Source: Octopus bimaculoides
Taxonomy: Eukaryota
DNA: 38,159 nucleotides
Reading direction: 5' to 3'
Assembly (NCBI RefSeq): GCF_001194135.2
Contig: NC_068996.1
Coordinates: 7,515,785 to 7,553,943, forward strand
Shown: piece by piece, positions 21,411 through 33,054 of the stretch
How the letters are laid out: every line of letters begins with the position of its first letter
Numbering within the stretch: position 1 is the first letter of the stretch
The notes under the pieces: generated by a model
Told to the model about the DNA's origin: nothing
The model's input: the letters and a program-made list of their open reading frames with translations, nothing else
Database searches by the model: none
Position numbers and translations under genes: made by a program

Positions 21411-22526
21411 TTCTCTTAGAGACTGTTCCGTGTACCACACAACAGCAGCAGCAGCCAGCGACCACTTCAGCAGCTTCGTCCAGCCACGATGACCTCCGCC
21501 GTCGCCACATCAGCAACAAGAGTCTACGACTACTATCCAGCAACATCGTCATGACCAACACGATTACTACCAAGCAGCCTCTACACCACCAGCGTCAACA
21601 CGACTTTCTATGTACACCAAACTAAACCACCGCGGCACACATCTCTCTCTTCGATTCTGTTAGGTGACTCAGCTTCACCACGATAAATAAACAGACAAGA
21701 GTTCTCAGCCAGCGACGAACATCTGTANNNNNNNNNNNNNNNNNNNNNNNNNNNNNNNNNNNNNNNNNNNNNNNNNNNNNNNNNNNNNNNNNNNNNNNNN
21801 NNNNNNNNNNNNNNNNNNNNNNNNNNNNNNNNNNNNNNNNNNNNNNNNNNNNNNNNNNNNNNNNNNNNNNNNNNNNNNNNNNNNNNNNNNNNNNNNNNNN
21901 NNNNNNNNNNNNNNNNNNNNNNNNNNNNNNNNNNNNNNNNNNNNNNNNNNNNNNNNNNACACTCATACACACATGTATCACTCACACACTTTTCTTTGTA
22001 TGACGGCCTGTCTTTGATTATGTTCTTATATGTCGCATTCACACTCTCACACAGACATACATCTTTAACGCTACAATAAATATCTCTGTTATTCATCTAA
22101 TACGGTTGTGGTCTTTCATTACTGGTCATCTATGTTATCGTCGCATAACATATTATCTATATCATCCATTGATATATTATTTTGTGTTCGACCGTGTGAC
22201 GCGTTTAAATAAAAGGAGTCCTCTGTTTTTCCATCCGTCACCATTTCTCCTTTTTTGAGTTCGCACGGTCGTCCCTTACAAGCGGACCCATTTGTAAAAT
22301 ATTATAACTTTTGGGGTTGAAGCCTGGCAATAAGAGCTTTCAGATATTCCACTACAAAACATTCAATAATATTGAAGCAGTAACTTTCATGAATCAGAGT
22401 ATTATTCTTGAAGGTTCTTTCTGAATCCATCAACGACGGGTATTTATGCTAGTGTGTGTGTGTGTGTGTAAATATATGCACATATATTTATACATAGGTA
22501 TATATATATATATATATATATTATAA

Positions 22527-22558
<32 letters not shown>

Positions 22559-23059
22559 CACACACACACACATATTTATATACATGTNNNNNNNNNNATA
22601 TATATAATATATGTATTTATAAATCTGTTTCTATATTACAAGCTGGATTACATATGTTCTGCAGCTAAACAGTTTGCTAATGGAAATGTTAAACTATCAT
22701 AGCTTCAAAGGTTTCAAGTTTTGAATGCACTAATACACACACACACACATACACGCAGGAAAAGAAAGAAAGAAAGAGAGAGATAAAAGAATAATTGTAG
22801 AAAATTCCAGGAAAGGTTATCAGCAAATACCAATAACATTTTAACAATTAGAGTCAGATAAAAATACAATTTACATTCATAATTTATTTTAAATAAACAA
22901 CATATTGATTACATAAACATGAGCCAACCTTGTCAAGTAAGCTATTTAGTTGTAAATAATATCCTATTAGGTTTGGAGACAAGATACTTTATGACTTAAA
23001 TACATTTTGGTCAGCCTGGATGTTCTTTTTGTTTTTTCTCCAATTGCTTGCGATACTTC

Positions 23060-23140
23060 TTTTATGTTCCTTTATTTGTTCCAGTCATTGGACTGTGGCC
23101 ATGCTGGAGCACTACCTTAAAGGGTTTTAGCCTTCAGAAC
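23060..23140 (-). mobile_element. SINE family 1, tail part (split by hAT; the rest is at 27001-27594)
   Basis: CCAGTCATTGGACTGTGGCCATGCTGGAGCACTACC...CAGAAC matches the SINE1 tail up to the ...CCAGAAC|TTATT point. Confidence 0.75.
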
Positions 23141-23247
23141 CAGTGGCATACCTATAACAAGTGCCACCTGGGTCATATGTTTATTTGGCTGCCCCTTAAA
23201 AGTTTTAATAACACTTCAAAACCTCCAAAAATGGAATAATACAGGTA

Positions 23248-23763
23248 TTATCATCATCATCATCATCATCGTTTAACGTCCGCTTTCCATGCTAGCATGG
23301 GTTGGACGATTTGACTGAGGACTGGTGAAACCGGATGGCAACACCAGGCTCCAGTCTGATTTGGCAGAGTTTCTACAGCTGGATGCCCTTCCTAACGCCA
23401 ACCACTCAGAGAGTGTAGTGGGTGCTTTTACGTGTCACCCGCACGAAAACGGCCACGCTCGAAATGGTGTCTTTTATGTGCCACCCGCACAAGCCAGTCC
23501 AGGGGCACTGGCAACGATCTCGCTCGAAAATCCTACAGGAGCCAGTCAGGCGGTACTGGCAACGGCCACGCTCAAAATGGTGCATCTCATGTGCCACCCG
23601 CACAAGAACCAGTCCAGGGGCACTGGCAACGATCTTACTTGGCTTGCCGGGTCTTCTCACGCACAGCCCATTTCCAAAGGTCTCGGTCCGTAGTCATCGC
23701 CTCGGTGAGGCCCAATGTACGAAGGTCTTGCCTCACCACCTCAGCCCAGGTCTTCCTGGGCCT
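23248..23763 (-). mobile_element. RTE family A 3' fragment inserted in the hAT 3' region
   Basis: (CAT)n tail, 3'UTR with hairpin units, and the ORF terminus. Confidence 0.9.
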
Positions 23764-23937
23764 GTATTATATGTATGTAAAATAAGACGACAAACTATAG
23801 TAACCATTTGTTTCCCTCAAATTTACTTTTATTGTGTTTATACACATAAAATAACAGGAAGAATATATTAAAGAACAGAAGATGAGGGAATTACAAAAAT
23901 AAGTGATTTACAAACTGATTTTATGTGCCTTCATCAG

Positions 23938-24264
23938 TATCATCATCATCATCGTTTAACATCCGCTTTCCATGCTAGCATGGGTTGGACGATTTGACTA
24001 AGGACTGGTGAACCGGATGGCTACATCAGGCTCCAATCTGATTTGGCAGAGTTTCTACAGCTGGATGCCACCAGCACGAAGGCCAGTCAGGCGGTACTGG
24101 CAACGGCCATGCCCAAAATGGTGTATTTTACATGCCATCTGCACAGGAGCCAGTCCAGCGGCACTGGCACGATCTCACTCGAATGTCTTTACACATGCCA
24201 CTGGCACAAGTGCCAGGAAGGTGACGCGGGGCACAGGTGCCATCACGATTTCGCTTTCGCTTGC
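23938..24264 (-). mobile_element. RTE family A 3'UTR fragment inserted at the hAT ORF end
   Basis: (CAT)n tail plus 3'UTR; the junction at GCTTGC overlaps the transposase terminus. Confidence 0.88.
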
Positions 24265-26652
24265 TTCCTCTTCGCAAAATCTTGAATGACTTCATCAAAA
24301 TTAATTTTATCTGTAAGGTCACGCCGTATGGATAGTATTGTCAAATCAGTCAACCTTGACTTATTGTTGACTTGAGGTGGTTCTTGATGAACTTTAGTTT
24401 GGAAAAGGACCGTTCACAGCTAGCAACACTAATAGCATGATTTAGGAAGACTCTTACAAGTATTACAATATTTGGCAATGAATCAATAAGATTATATTTC
24501 TGTATAAACTAAGGAACTTGCAAAGGTCTCTCCTTGTCTTCAGTATCAGCAGCTACCAAATAATTTTGCAGTTTCACCCTTTCAACCAGAAAGCCTTCTC
24601 TCTTAATATTCTCATCAAAAGCATCTAAATCACAATTACACTCTTTATCTAACAAATTGGACAGTGTGAGAAACATGCATTTCTATGCGATATCATGAAG
24701 TTTTTCGAATCTAGAAGTTATTTCTTCAGCCAGTCTATCTATCTTCTTAGCTCAGCATCATAGCTGAGAGTGGCTTCAATACTTTCTTCATAACTCAATC
24801 TTTTCTTTTTGTGAATTCAACGCTCTTTGCTGATTCCCATATCAGAGCAAATTTTGGTTGAATAGGCTAATGCATCATCTACTGTTTTGTCTCTGCTTAC
24901 AAGTAGAGAAGTTTGCAAGGCAGATAGTTTAATGTCTCATTGTTGCAACTCCAGACCTTTTGTTTGGAGGTACTTTTGAATATCATTTATTTCAGGAAGT
25001 ATATATCTCCAATGGCCAAGAAATGACAGCATTGCCTGAAAAATTAAACCTGCATCAGATCTCATACTTGCATTTTCTGCATCTTCCATCAACCATTCTA
25101 GCACAGTGATGATTTCCATGAATTTTGTATGTACAACTTTCACTGTATCTGCTCAACTACTCCTTCTCATTTCCCCAGCCTGTTTGATAGTTGCACCATT
25201 TATCTCAATCAAGATATCCCATCGATGAGTTGAGGCTGAAAAGAATGAAAATAGATGGTCCAATGTGCCAAAATATGTAACTGAATCTGCAGCCACTGAA
25301 TCTGCAGCCACTGAAGCTGTATGCACAGCTGATAAATTCAAAGAGTTATTGGTGCATGGAACAAACACAATCTTTGAATTAACTTCTGTGATGCGTGGTT
25401 GAACACCGGATCAATGACCTGCCATTACTACCATGTTATCAAAGGCTTGTCCACGACAGTCCTGAATGTTAATGTCGTCCATTTCTATTTGTTTCAGAAT
25501 CATTGATGTAATTTGCTCAGCATTTTTGCCTTTCATCTCAATAAAACGAAGAAAGGATTTTTCTACTTTTACTTCCTTTTCATCTATTTTAACATAACGT
25601 AGCACCCGAGAAATTTGGTCAATGAGAGAAATATCTGGAGTACTATCAAAAATAATGTGATACTATTTACTCTGTTTCACTTCATTGATAACTTCCTTTC
25701 TCACTTGACCTCCCAGGATGTTCACAGATTCATTCTGAATTTTTGGTGAAAGACAGGAAGTTGCACACTTATCAGTTTTTACTTTTACCAAATGTTCACG
25801 TAGCACCGGGTTGAATTTTCCAATCAGTTGAACAAGCTCCAGAAAATTTCCTTCATTTTCATTTGCCTTCTCAACTCGAATGTCTTCTCTATGGCCTCAT
25901 AAAGCTAGGTTTTGCTTAGCAAGAAACATAATTATGTCCATTTCTTTGTTTCATTTTCAACAAGAGTTTGTTGTTCTTTGTCTATTACCTTGTCATTGGA
26001 AAAGCAAATTTCTAGCGCATTCTCGTGTGCAGGGTTAGATTCATGTTCTTGTATCTTAGGATTCAACTTCCACCAAGATTTGAAACCATCTACTGAGCAA
26101 AACTTTGAGTTTTCACTTGAAAATAGCTTACAACAAAAATAAAACATGGCTTCTTTCACTGGAGAGTATATCGTCCAAGTTCTCAAGATTTTTTCCCCAT
26201 TTTGTAAAGTTCGAAAAACCAGTTTCTTGACAATCTTCTGGTCTCTTTTCAGTTTTGTTATTTGTCCTGGACATACAACTTCTTTGAATTCGCAGTAAAT
26301 ATTTTGCACAGCCTTTGATCCTTGTTGTACAAGGATTTCTCAAATATCGTCATCATGATTAAACTAAGCAGGCCACAACCCAATGTCTTTCAAATTAAAA
26401 TCAGAGTTTTGCCTTTCAGTAGTTTGTGGTGGATCAGCATCATCAATTTCGTCTTCTATCTTCTTTTCAAGTTGCACTTCATTAACAGCATCATCTCCAC
26501 GACCTTCTACAGTAATACCAGTTTCGTCTGGATGGTCGGGTCTGATGAGAAATTTAATTATGGCAGCTTCGTTTCGCCTTTCTTCTTCTCTCATATTTCT
26601 TTTTTTTCTTTTTTTTTCGAAACGCTGCACCACTGTACTTAATTCACTTCAT
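24265..26652 (-). pseudogene. hAT transposase pseudogene
   Basis: In order: basic N-terminus; W..YSPVKEAMFYFCCKLF...GFKSW...HESNPAH (TTF-type finger); CRGQAFDN; FVPCTNNSLNL; FFSASTHRW; SVASCERSFSKLKFIKNHLKST...NFDEVIQDFAKRK (dimerisation domain). Many stops and frameshifts. Confidence 0.92.
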
Positions 26653-27000
26653 CTCAAATTATATCAGTGATATCGTAAATTTATATGAATAAAACCAAAT
26701 ACGAGAGTATAGACCAACCTAAAAAATAATCAATTTTCTGAATATCATTAACACACTGTCTTATCCAGTAACACACAATATTACTGTATTAACAATATTA
26801 TACTGAATATTACACAATATTAACACAGAATACAAGTTTACTGATGATATATTTAGATTTTAAGGAAATTTTAATAGCTACTATACATTATTAAAATCTA
26901 TAATATATATACTGCATTTTTATTAATTATGTATTAATACAAATAAATTGTGCAGCCCGGGGTGGACCACCCTCCCTGCCCTTCTCTTGGTATGTCACTG

Positions 27001-27170
27001 TCCAGAGCTTATTTTCTTTCTATGTATAGGGTTAGGGTTAGGGTTAGGGTAACTCTATGTCTGGAACTCAGTCTAATGGTCTATCATACTGAGCTACTAA
27101 AGTGTGGGTGAACACTGACATTGGCTGTCAAGTAGTGGTGGTGAGAGAAAAACAGACGCACAGGCATATG

Positions 27171-27201
<31 letters not shown>

Positions 27202-27594
27202 GCACACACACACAAGCATGTATACACACACATATGTACACACATACATAAACATGCATGCATACACACACATGCACACATACACACATGTACATGCATA
27301 GATACACACACACATGCATGCACACACACATATACATGCACATACATATGCACACGTGCTGGCATGCATACACGCACTCATGCATGCACACACACACACA
27401 CACATGTATACACACACACACACACAACAGGCTTCCACACAGTTCCCATGTATCAAATCTGCAATTTGCTCTTGCAAGACATTGGTCAACCCAGGACTAC
27501 AGTAGAAAGCATTTGCCCAAGATGCCATGCAGTGAGATTGAACCTGAACCAACAAGCTGCAAAGCGAACATCTTAAACCACACAACCATTCCTG
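27001..27594 (-). mobile_element. SINE family 1, remainder (body, microsatellite, head)
   Basis: Continues the SINE from the hAT insertion point through TGTCAAG...(CA)n...AGTAGAAAGCATTTGCCCAAGATGCC...GAACC. Confidence 0.7.
27027..27050 (+). repeat. Short interstitial telomeric repeat TAGGG(TTAGGG)3T
   Basis: Directly visible. Confidence 0.9.
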
Positions 27595-28120
27595 AAGTTT
27601 ATTCTGTCTTACACTCAAAAACTTACATATCAATTCTGGGGAATTACTTATTGAAATATCATATTCTTTTATTCTACTCTTTAAGAAAGATTTTTAAAAA
27701 TTTACTCTGTTTATTTCATCTTTATATAATATACGCTTTACAGGAGATCTTTTTTTTAAAAATTATTTTCTAATTATCACTATCAGTTTCAGGGTGAAGA
27801 ATTTCAGTATGGTTTACTTTTCTCTTCAGTATTTTTAGAACACTAAATGTATGTTACTAATACTCTCAAGGGTGTGCTATGAGGCTACACTTCCGTATCT
27901 GTTAATATCTGCTGTATATTATTTTTTTCTCTGCTGTTTATAATAAAAAAATTTTATAGATATATTAGTATATACATGTGTATATACTAAAAAATGATGA
28001 CAGTTTTATTATTAATCATGGAGAATAGTGCACTAGTTCAAATGAAGTTAAATATCAAATTCTTTTCTTACTTATTAACAAATATTATCCCCCTTTAAAA
28101 GTGATATATATATATATATA

Positions 28121-28163
28121 GTCCAACCCATGCTAGCATGGAAAGTGGACGTTAAACGATGAT
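28121..28163 (+). mobile_element. Very short RTE family A 3' terminus
   Basis: GTCCAACCCATGCTAGCATGGAAAGTGGACGTTAAACGATGAT. Confidence 0.85.
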
Positions 28164-28172
28164 ATATGTATG

Positions 28173-28210
<38 letters not shown>

Positions 28211-28229
28211 CAGCAAATAAAAAAATGGG

Positions 28230-29486
28230 GAGGACACAAAACAACATACTCCAGCCGGTAGACATTCCAGTGTGTCTATTCATTAGAAAAAAGGAACTGG
28301 GTGGACAAATCTTAATATGAATCATATAAAAAAAAACAGCATCCAGAGTATTCCACTACACAAGCAACTGGACAACCATCTTTATCGAGTTTTCTTTCAC
28401 CAAGAAGTAGTTTGGTCAGTCACTCGGCCTTAAATGTTTTTGGTTGGATTGAGTGGGTATGTGTTGGTTTAAAACCATTTTTCTTTACTGAAGACCCACT
28501 AACTCGTAAGTACACAAACTTGGGAAGTATGATAAATGTGACCTTAAAGAAATACATGGAAAAACTTATTCAAGAAGTGGAAAAGAAAATATCTGATGAA
28601 CTTCCAAGTAAATTTTCGTTGGTAATCGGTGGTTGGATTAAGGGTTCGATGCATCCAATTCGTGCAATTATCAGAATGACTATTGTACTGTTTTACTGGC
28701 ATTTTTGCCTTGCAAAGATCAGAAATAGATTTGGGAGATGCTCGAATTCTTTTTGACGAAATTCTCGCATTGTATCCCTATGTGGAGTTTTTAAAATATT
28801 TGCTTCCATCGGCAGCAAATTTTTGTTTCAATATTCGTATTCTAAACATTTTTTTACACCTAGTAGGCAGGGTTTTTTTCTGTATTCATCACCAGGTCTA
28901 AAACTTTATATTGACTGATTTTTGTTACCAATATCCAACATCTTGGAATGTTTCTTCAGCTCAGAAGGTTACGCTTTTAATGATTTTCAGCAATACTTAA
29001 CACCAATGAATTTAGAAATGCAATTATTTCTAAAAGTCAATCATGCTTTCTGGAATGAAGAACTAGTTTCAGAAATCTGCATTCATTCATGACCTTTTGC
29101 TATATTAGAACATTTTAATTGTGCTACTCGTTTGAGAAACTCTTTCAATTAAGGACCTTCAATTTATTTGTTTTTCAACTGCAGTACAATGTAGAGTATA
29201 TACGTTGTTTATTCCTTATTTTAAATCAGTAAAATTGAACTTCGAACGTTTTCTGATAAAATTTTTCGAAACTATAAGACATGCCTTTTATTTTGCTATC
29301 ATTTTGGCGCTTATCTAAATGGAAGCTAACACTCCAAAATATGTTGTTTTTTTTTTACATTCGGCAAAATAATTGACAATTAATTGCAATTAATTGCAAT
29401 GATTGATTGGCCCATATCCCAATTAAAATTAATTGCTCAGAAAATAATTGATTGGAAAGGTTCCAATCAATTATTTACAACCCCTG
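28230..29486 (+). mobile_element. Second hAT-like transposon relic, internally deleted, right TIR present
   Basis: KGTGWTNL...HIKK.QHPEY (BED-like), NVFGWIEWVCVGLKPFFFTEDPLTRKY...LPSKFSLVIGGW, LQRSEIDLGDARILFD, and SNILECFFSSEGY...LEMQLFLKVNHAFW ending ~29092. The terminus ...CAATTATTTACAACCCCTG (reverse complement CAGGGGTTGTAAATAATTG) follows AATTAATTG subterminal repeats. Confidence 0.8.
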
Positions 29487-29689
29487 TTCACGGGTTTTAA
29501 GTGCGTAGTGAAAAAAATGGTCAAAATCGTTTCGCACTGGGGTGGTGAGGGAGCGGCGGGAGTGTAAAAAGAAAAATTTTTCAAAATTGTTTTCTTTTTT
29601 TTTCCTGAAAAATACCTCACATCTACCGACTTCGGTGAAAAACATTGGAAAAAAATCCCCATCAAAATGGACGCAATCATAACCTTCAC

Positions 29690-29903
29690 ACGGTCCATAC
29701 CATGTCAGATTCTCCAAGATGTATTTCAAAACGTGTAGAAGAGTCAACTTATGTATTGAAAATGAAGGACAACACTTTCAGCACCTCTTATAAATTTTTT
29801 AAAGTTTTGTAAAGTCTAATATATTCTTTTGTAGTCTTCTACCATCTTATAAATATTTTGCAATAAAATACTTACTGCAGAGAGACTTTTTGAACACCCT
29901 GTA
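29690..29903 (+). mobile_element. Tc1/mariner-superfamily 3' remnant
   Basis: IPCQILQDVFQNV/RRVNLCIENEGQHFQHLL* (stop at 29793), then a terminus whose reverse complement reads TA-CAGGGTGTTCAAAAAGTC. Confidence 0.7.
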
Positions 29904-30529
29904 TATATGGATATACTCATATATACATATGTGCAGCGCTATTCGTGTGGCATATATATATATATATATATATATANNNNNNNNNNNNNNNNNNNNNNNN
30001 NNNNNNNNNNNNNNNNNNNNNNNNNNNNNNNNNNNNNNNNNNNNNNNNNNNNNNNNNNNNNNNNNNNNNNNNNNNNNNNNNNNNNNNNNNNNNNNNNNNN
30101 NNNNNNNNNNNNNNNNNNNNNNNNNNNNNNNNNNNNNNNNNNNNNNNNATGTATGTGTGTGTGTGTGTGTGTGTGCATGTGTGTGTGCATGTGCGCATGT
30201 ATGAACATATTTTTCATTTGATCTTGAAATATGTAATATATATATGGTAACATTCAGCACACTCTACTTCAGTACCTGTGGTATATTTACCCACTGCTGA
30301 ATCATATATTAATAACAAGTTTTATGAATTTCAGTTTTGAAATTTTGAACTAGAACCAAAGCCATTTATTTCTTTTTTTTTTTTTTTGTAATCATTTATT
30401 GTTTTCTGAGTTTTTTTTCTTCTTTATATATGTACATTTTTGTTTTTATTTATTTCATGTTGGTCTGTCTTACAATTCCTGTTAGAATACTTATTGGAGA
30501 ATACAGAAAAGTTACCAATGTGGAAATGA

Positions 30530-31060
30530 TATGAAACCCAAGCAATGAGCTTAGATGTCAAAGACATAAAGAAAAGAATTGCTGTATAAAAGTCAAGAGT
30601 AGCAATGACAATAAATAAAAAGAATAAAGTTTGAAACAAATAGAAAAACATGGAATCAAATTCAGGAATAGCTGTCATAGAGATAAATGGTTGTCAAACT
30701 CCAGAACTTCTGTCTTGAGATAAAAGTAACAGCATAGGAAAAGAATTATAGAGTACCAAAGAGAAAAGAAAGAATAATAAACAAGAAAATGGGGTTGTCA
30801 AAAATAGTTATAATAAAGTTAATGAAAAATTTGATGTCAAAGAAAAAATAGTGGTGTTAAAGCACAAGAATGGTTGTCTAAAATAAAAAAAAGCTATCAA
30901 GGGGAAAAGAATCATAGAGTCTCTTAAAAGAGGAGAATGATTATTAGATTCAAAAGTGATGATCAGATAAGAATAGCAGTCAAAATGAAAAAAACAATTG
31001 TCAAGTAAAAAATATGATAGTGACAGAAAAAAAAAAACATTTAGAAAATGTCAAATTACA
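30530..31060. repeat. Degenerate purine-rich minisatellite-like tract
   Basis: Recurrent (G/T)TGTCAA cores embedded in A-rich spacers. Confidence 0.5.
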
Positions 31061-32409
31061 TTAGCTGTCTGATTGATTGATCTGTGTGCTGAAATTAAAG
31101 GCTGAGAAAGATAGATATCGCAATAGAAACTGTTAGCTATGAAGCAGGGGTTTTTTGCGTGTGCTTTCATTTTAGGCCAAAGCAGGTCAGAATAGAATCA
31201 AGTATCTGTCGTAATAGAATCATTTTAAAATCAGAAATAATTTTAGTTTCTCAAATTGTCCTTTTTTTGTTTTCTTTTTTCAGGTTTTGGTTGTAATTCT
31301 ATATTTTTTGTATGCTTTATAAGTAGAGATTTTGTTTTTGCTTTTTCATGTTTCTCTTTTTTGTTTTCTATTTTTAAAATGGTTTGCACAGCAACAAGAA
31401 AAAAAAAGCAGGATGTTCCAACGATTTCCTGACTATATTTTTATAGTAGTAACAGTAGTAGTAATAATTTTTTTAAATTTTCATTTTATTTTTTATAAAT
31501 ATCAAAATTATTAAAATTATTAAGTACACAGTAAATTAAATCACAAAATCCTAACAATCCCTCCCATTTCCCTCCCTTTATCATAATCATCATCATCATC
31601 ATCATCATCACCATGATGGAACACTGAACACAAATAAGTCATTATCTGTACTTAAAGTAAAACAACAACGATGATGATGATGACGACGACGACGACGAAG
31701 ACGACGATGATGATGATGATGATTTTATTTTTTTTATTTTTTCCCAATTTGCAAAGCTCCATGAAACAGTATATTGCCACTGACCCACCTGATTCAACAG
31801 GTATTTTTGTTATTTAATTTTGTCTGTTTTTGATATATCTTGTCGCAGTGTCCAAAGACTTGTGTAGTTCCCATCAGGATTGTTAATTGTTCTTGTTGCT
31901 GCTTTAGAGTCGTTTAGCACCAATTAATCACATATATATATATTAGTTTATGTATATATTAATATTATCTCAGTTATTAAAACTTTCAATAATTTAAATA
32001 TGTTAATAGTTACCAGAGGTAGCAAAATTACACTAAAAAACAAGATATCACAGCCGTTTTACAAGTAGAGATACCAAGTTAAAGTGATACATTTTGAGAA
32101 GATATGGATAATAATAAATAGAACAAAATGCATGTCAGGAATTAAAGGAACTTTTNNNNNNNNNNNNNNNNNNNNNNNNNNNNNNNNNNNNNNNNNNNNN
32201 NNNNNNNNNNNNNNNNNNNNNNNNNNNNNNNNNNNNNNNNNNNNNNNNNNNNNNNNNNNNNNNNNNNNNNNNNNNNNNNNNNNNNNNNNNNNNNNNNNNN
32301 NNNNNNNNNNNNNNNNNNNNNNNNNNNNNNNNNNNNNNNNNNNNNNNNNNNNNNNNNNNNNNNNNNNNNNNNNNNNNNNNNNNNNNNNNNNNNNNNNNNN
32401 NNNNNATAT

Positions 32410-32560
32410 ATATATACATACACCCACACACACACATAATTGTATAATAATATACCATAATCATATTTTATTCTCCAATTTGAAGTGACAATTTTTAAAT
32501 ACAAGCAAATAGTAGCTTTCTCTCTGTAACTTACAAAGCTTTTTGGTTTGTTTACAAATA

Positions 32561-32602
<42 letters not shown>

Positions 32603-32634
32603 GCACACACTTTTACATACACATACCTAACGTT

Positions 32635-32675
<41 letters not shown>

Positions 32676-32865
32676 CAACTGAATAAAGTTACAATATGGT
32701 GTGGTTTTCACATTTTTTATTATTGTATTTTATATATATATACACATAAACACATACACCTATATAATTGTATAATAATATATCATGATAATATTTTATT
32801 CTTCGATCTGAAGCAACAATTTTTAAATACAAACAAATAGCAGCTTTCTCTTGGTTTGTTTACAA

Positions 32866-32916
<51 letters not shown>

Positions 32917-33031
32917 TCACACACTTGTACGTACACATACCATACATTTGTGTATATATATATATATCAGTTGAATAAAGTTTCAACATGGTCTGGTTTT
33001 TACGTTTTTATTATTGTATTTAAAAAAAATT
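32410..33031. repeat. Tandem duplication of a ~300-320 bp unit
   Basis: ATAATTGTATAATAATATA...CAATTTTTAAATACAA...TTGGTTTGTTTACAAATA(CA)n...GAATAAAGTT...TTTTTATTATTGTATTT occurs twice (~32410-32732, ~32733-33031). Confidence 0.9.
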
Positions 33032-33054
33032 CTTTTACAATGTTGAAGTGTGTT

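Larger units (their letters stand above)
23141..27000 (-). mobile_element. Full-length hAT DNA transposon (ZMYM1/TTF-zinc-finger, DUF4371-type), inactive
   Basis: TIRs CAGTGGCATACCTA and CAGTGACATACCAA (12/14). The 8-bp flanks TTCAGAAC and TCCAGAGC match 6/8. A GC-rich subterminus lies at 26951-27000. Confidence 0.88.

Noticed and set aside
21545-21560. TCA-TGA as an antizyme-like +1 frameshift site
   Set aside because: ORF1 and the +1 frame show no antizyme similarity, and the +1 frame closes after 36 codons.
22325-22375. Minus-strand GAAAGCTC palindrome as a hammerhead relic
   Set aside because: No CUGANGA core at the required position.
23313-23340. CTGAGGA...GAAAC in the RTE 3'UTR as a hammerhead
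   Set aside because: Only 5 nt lie between the motifs, so helix II cannot form, and GAAAC is absent in other copies.
27027-27050. True telomere
   Set aside because: Only about 4 units, internal, and embedded in a SINE.
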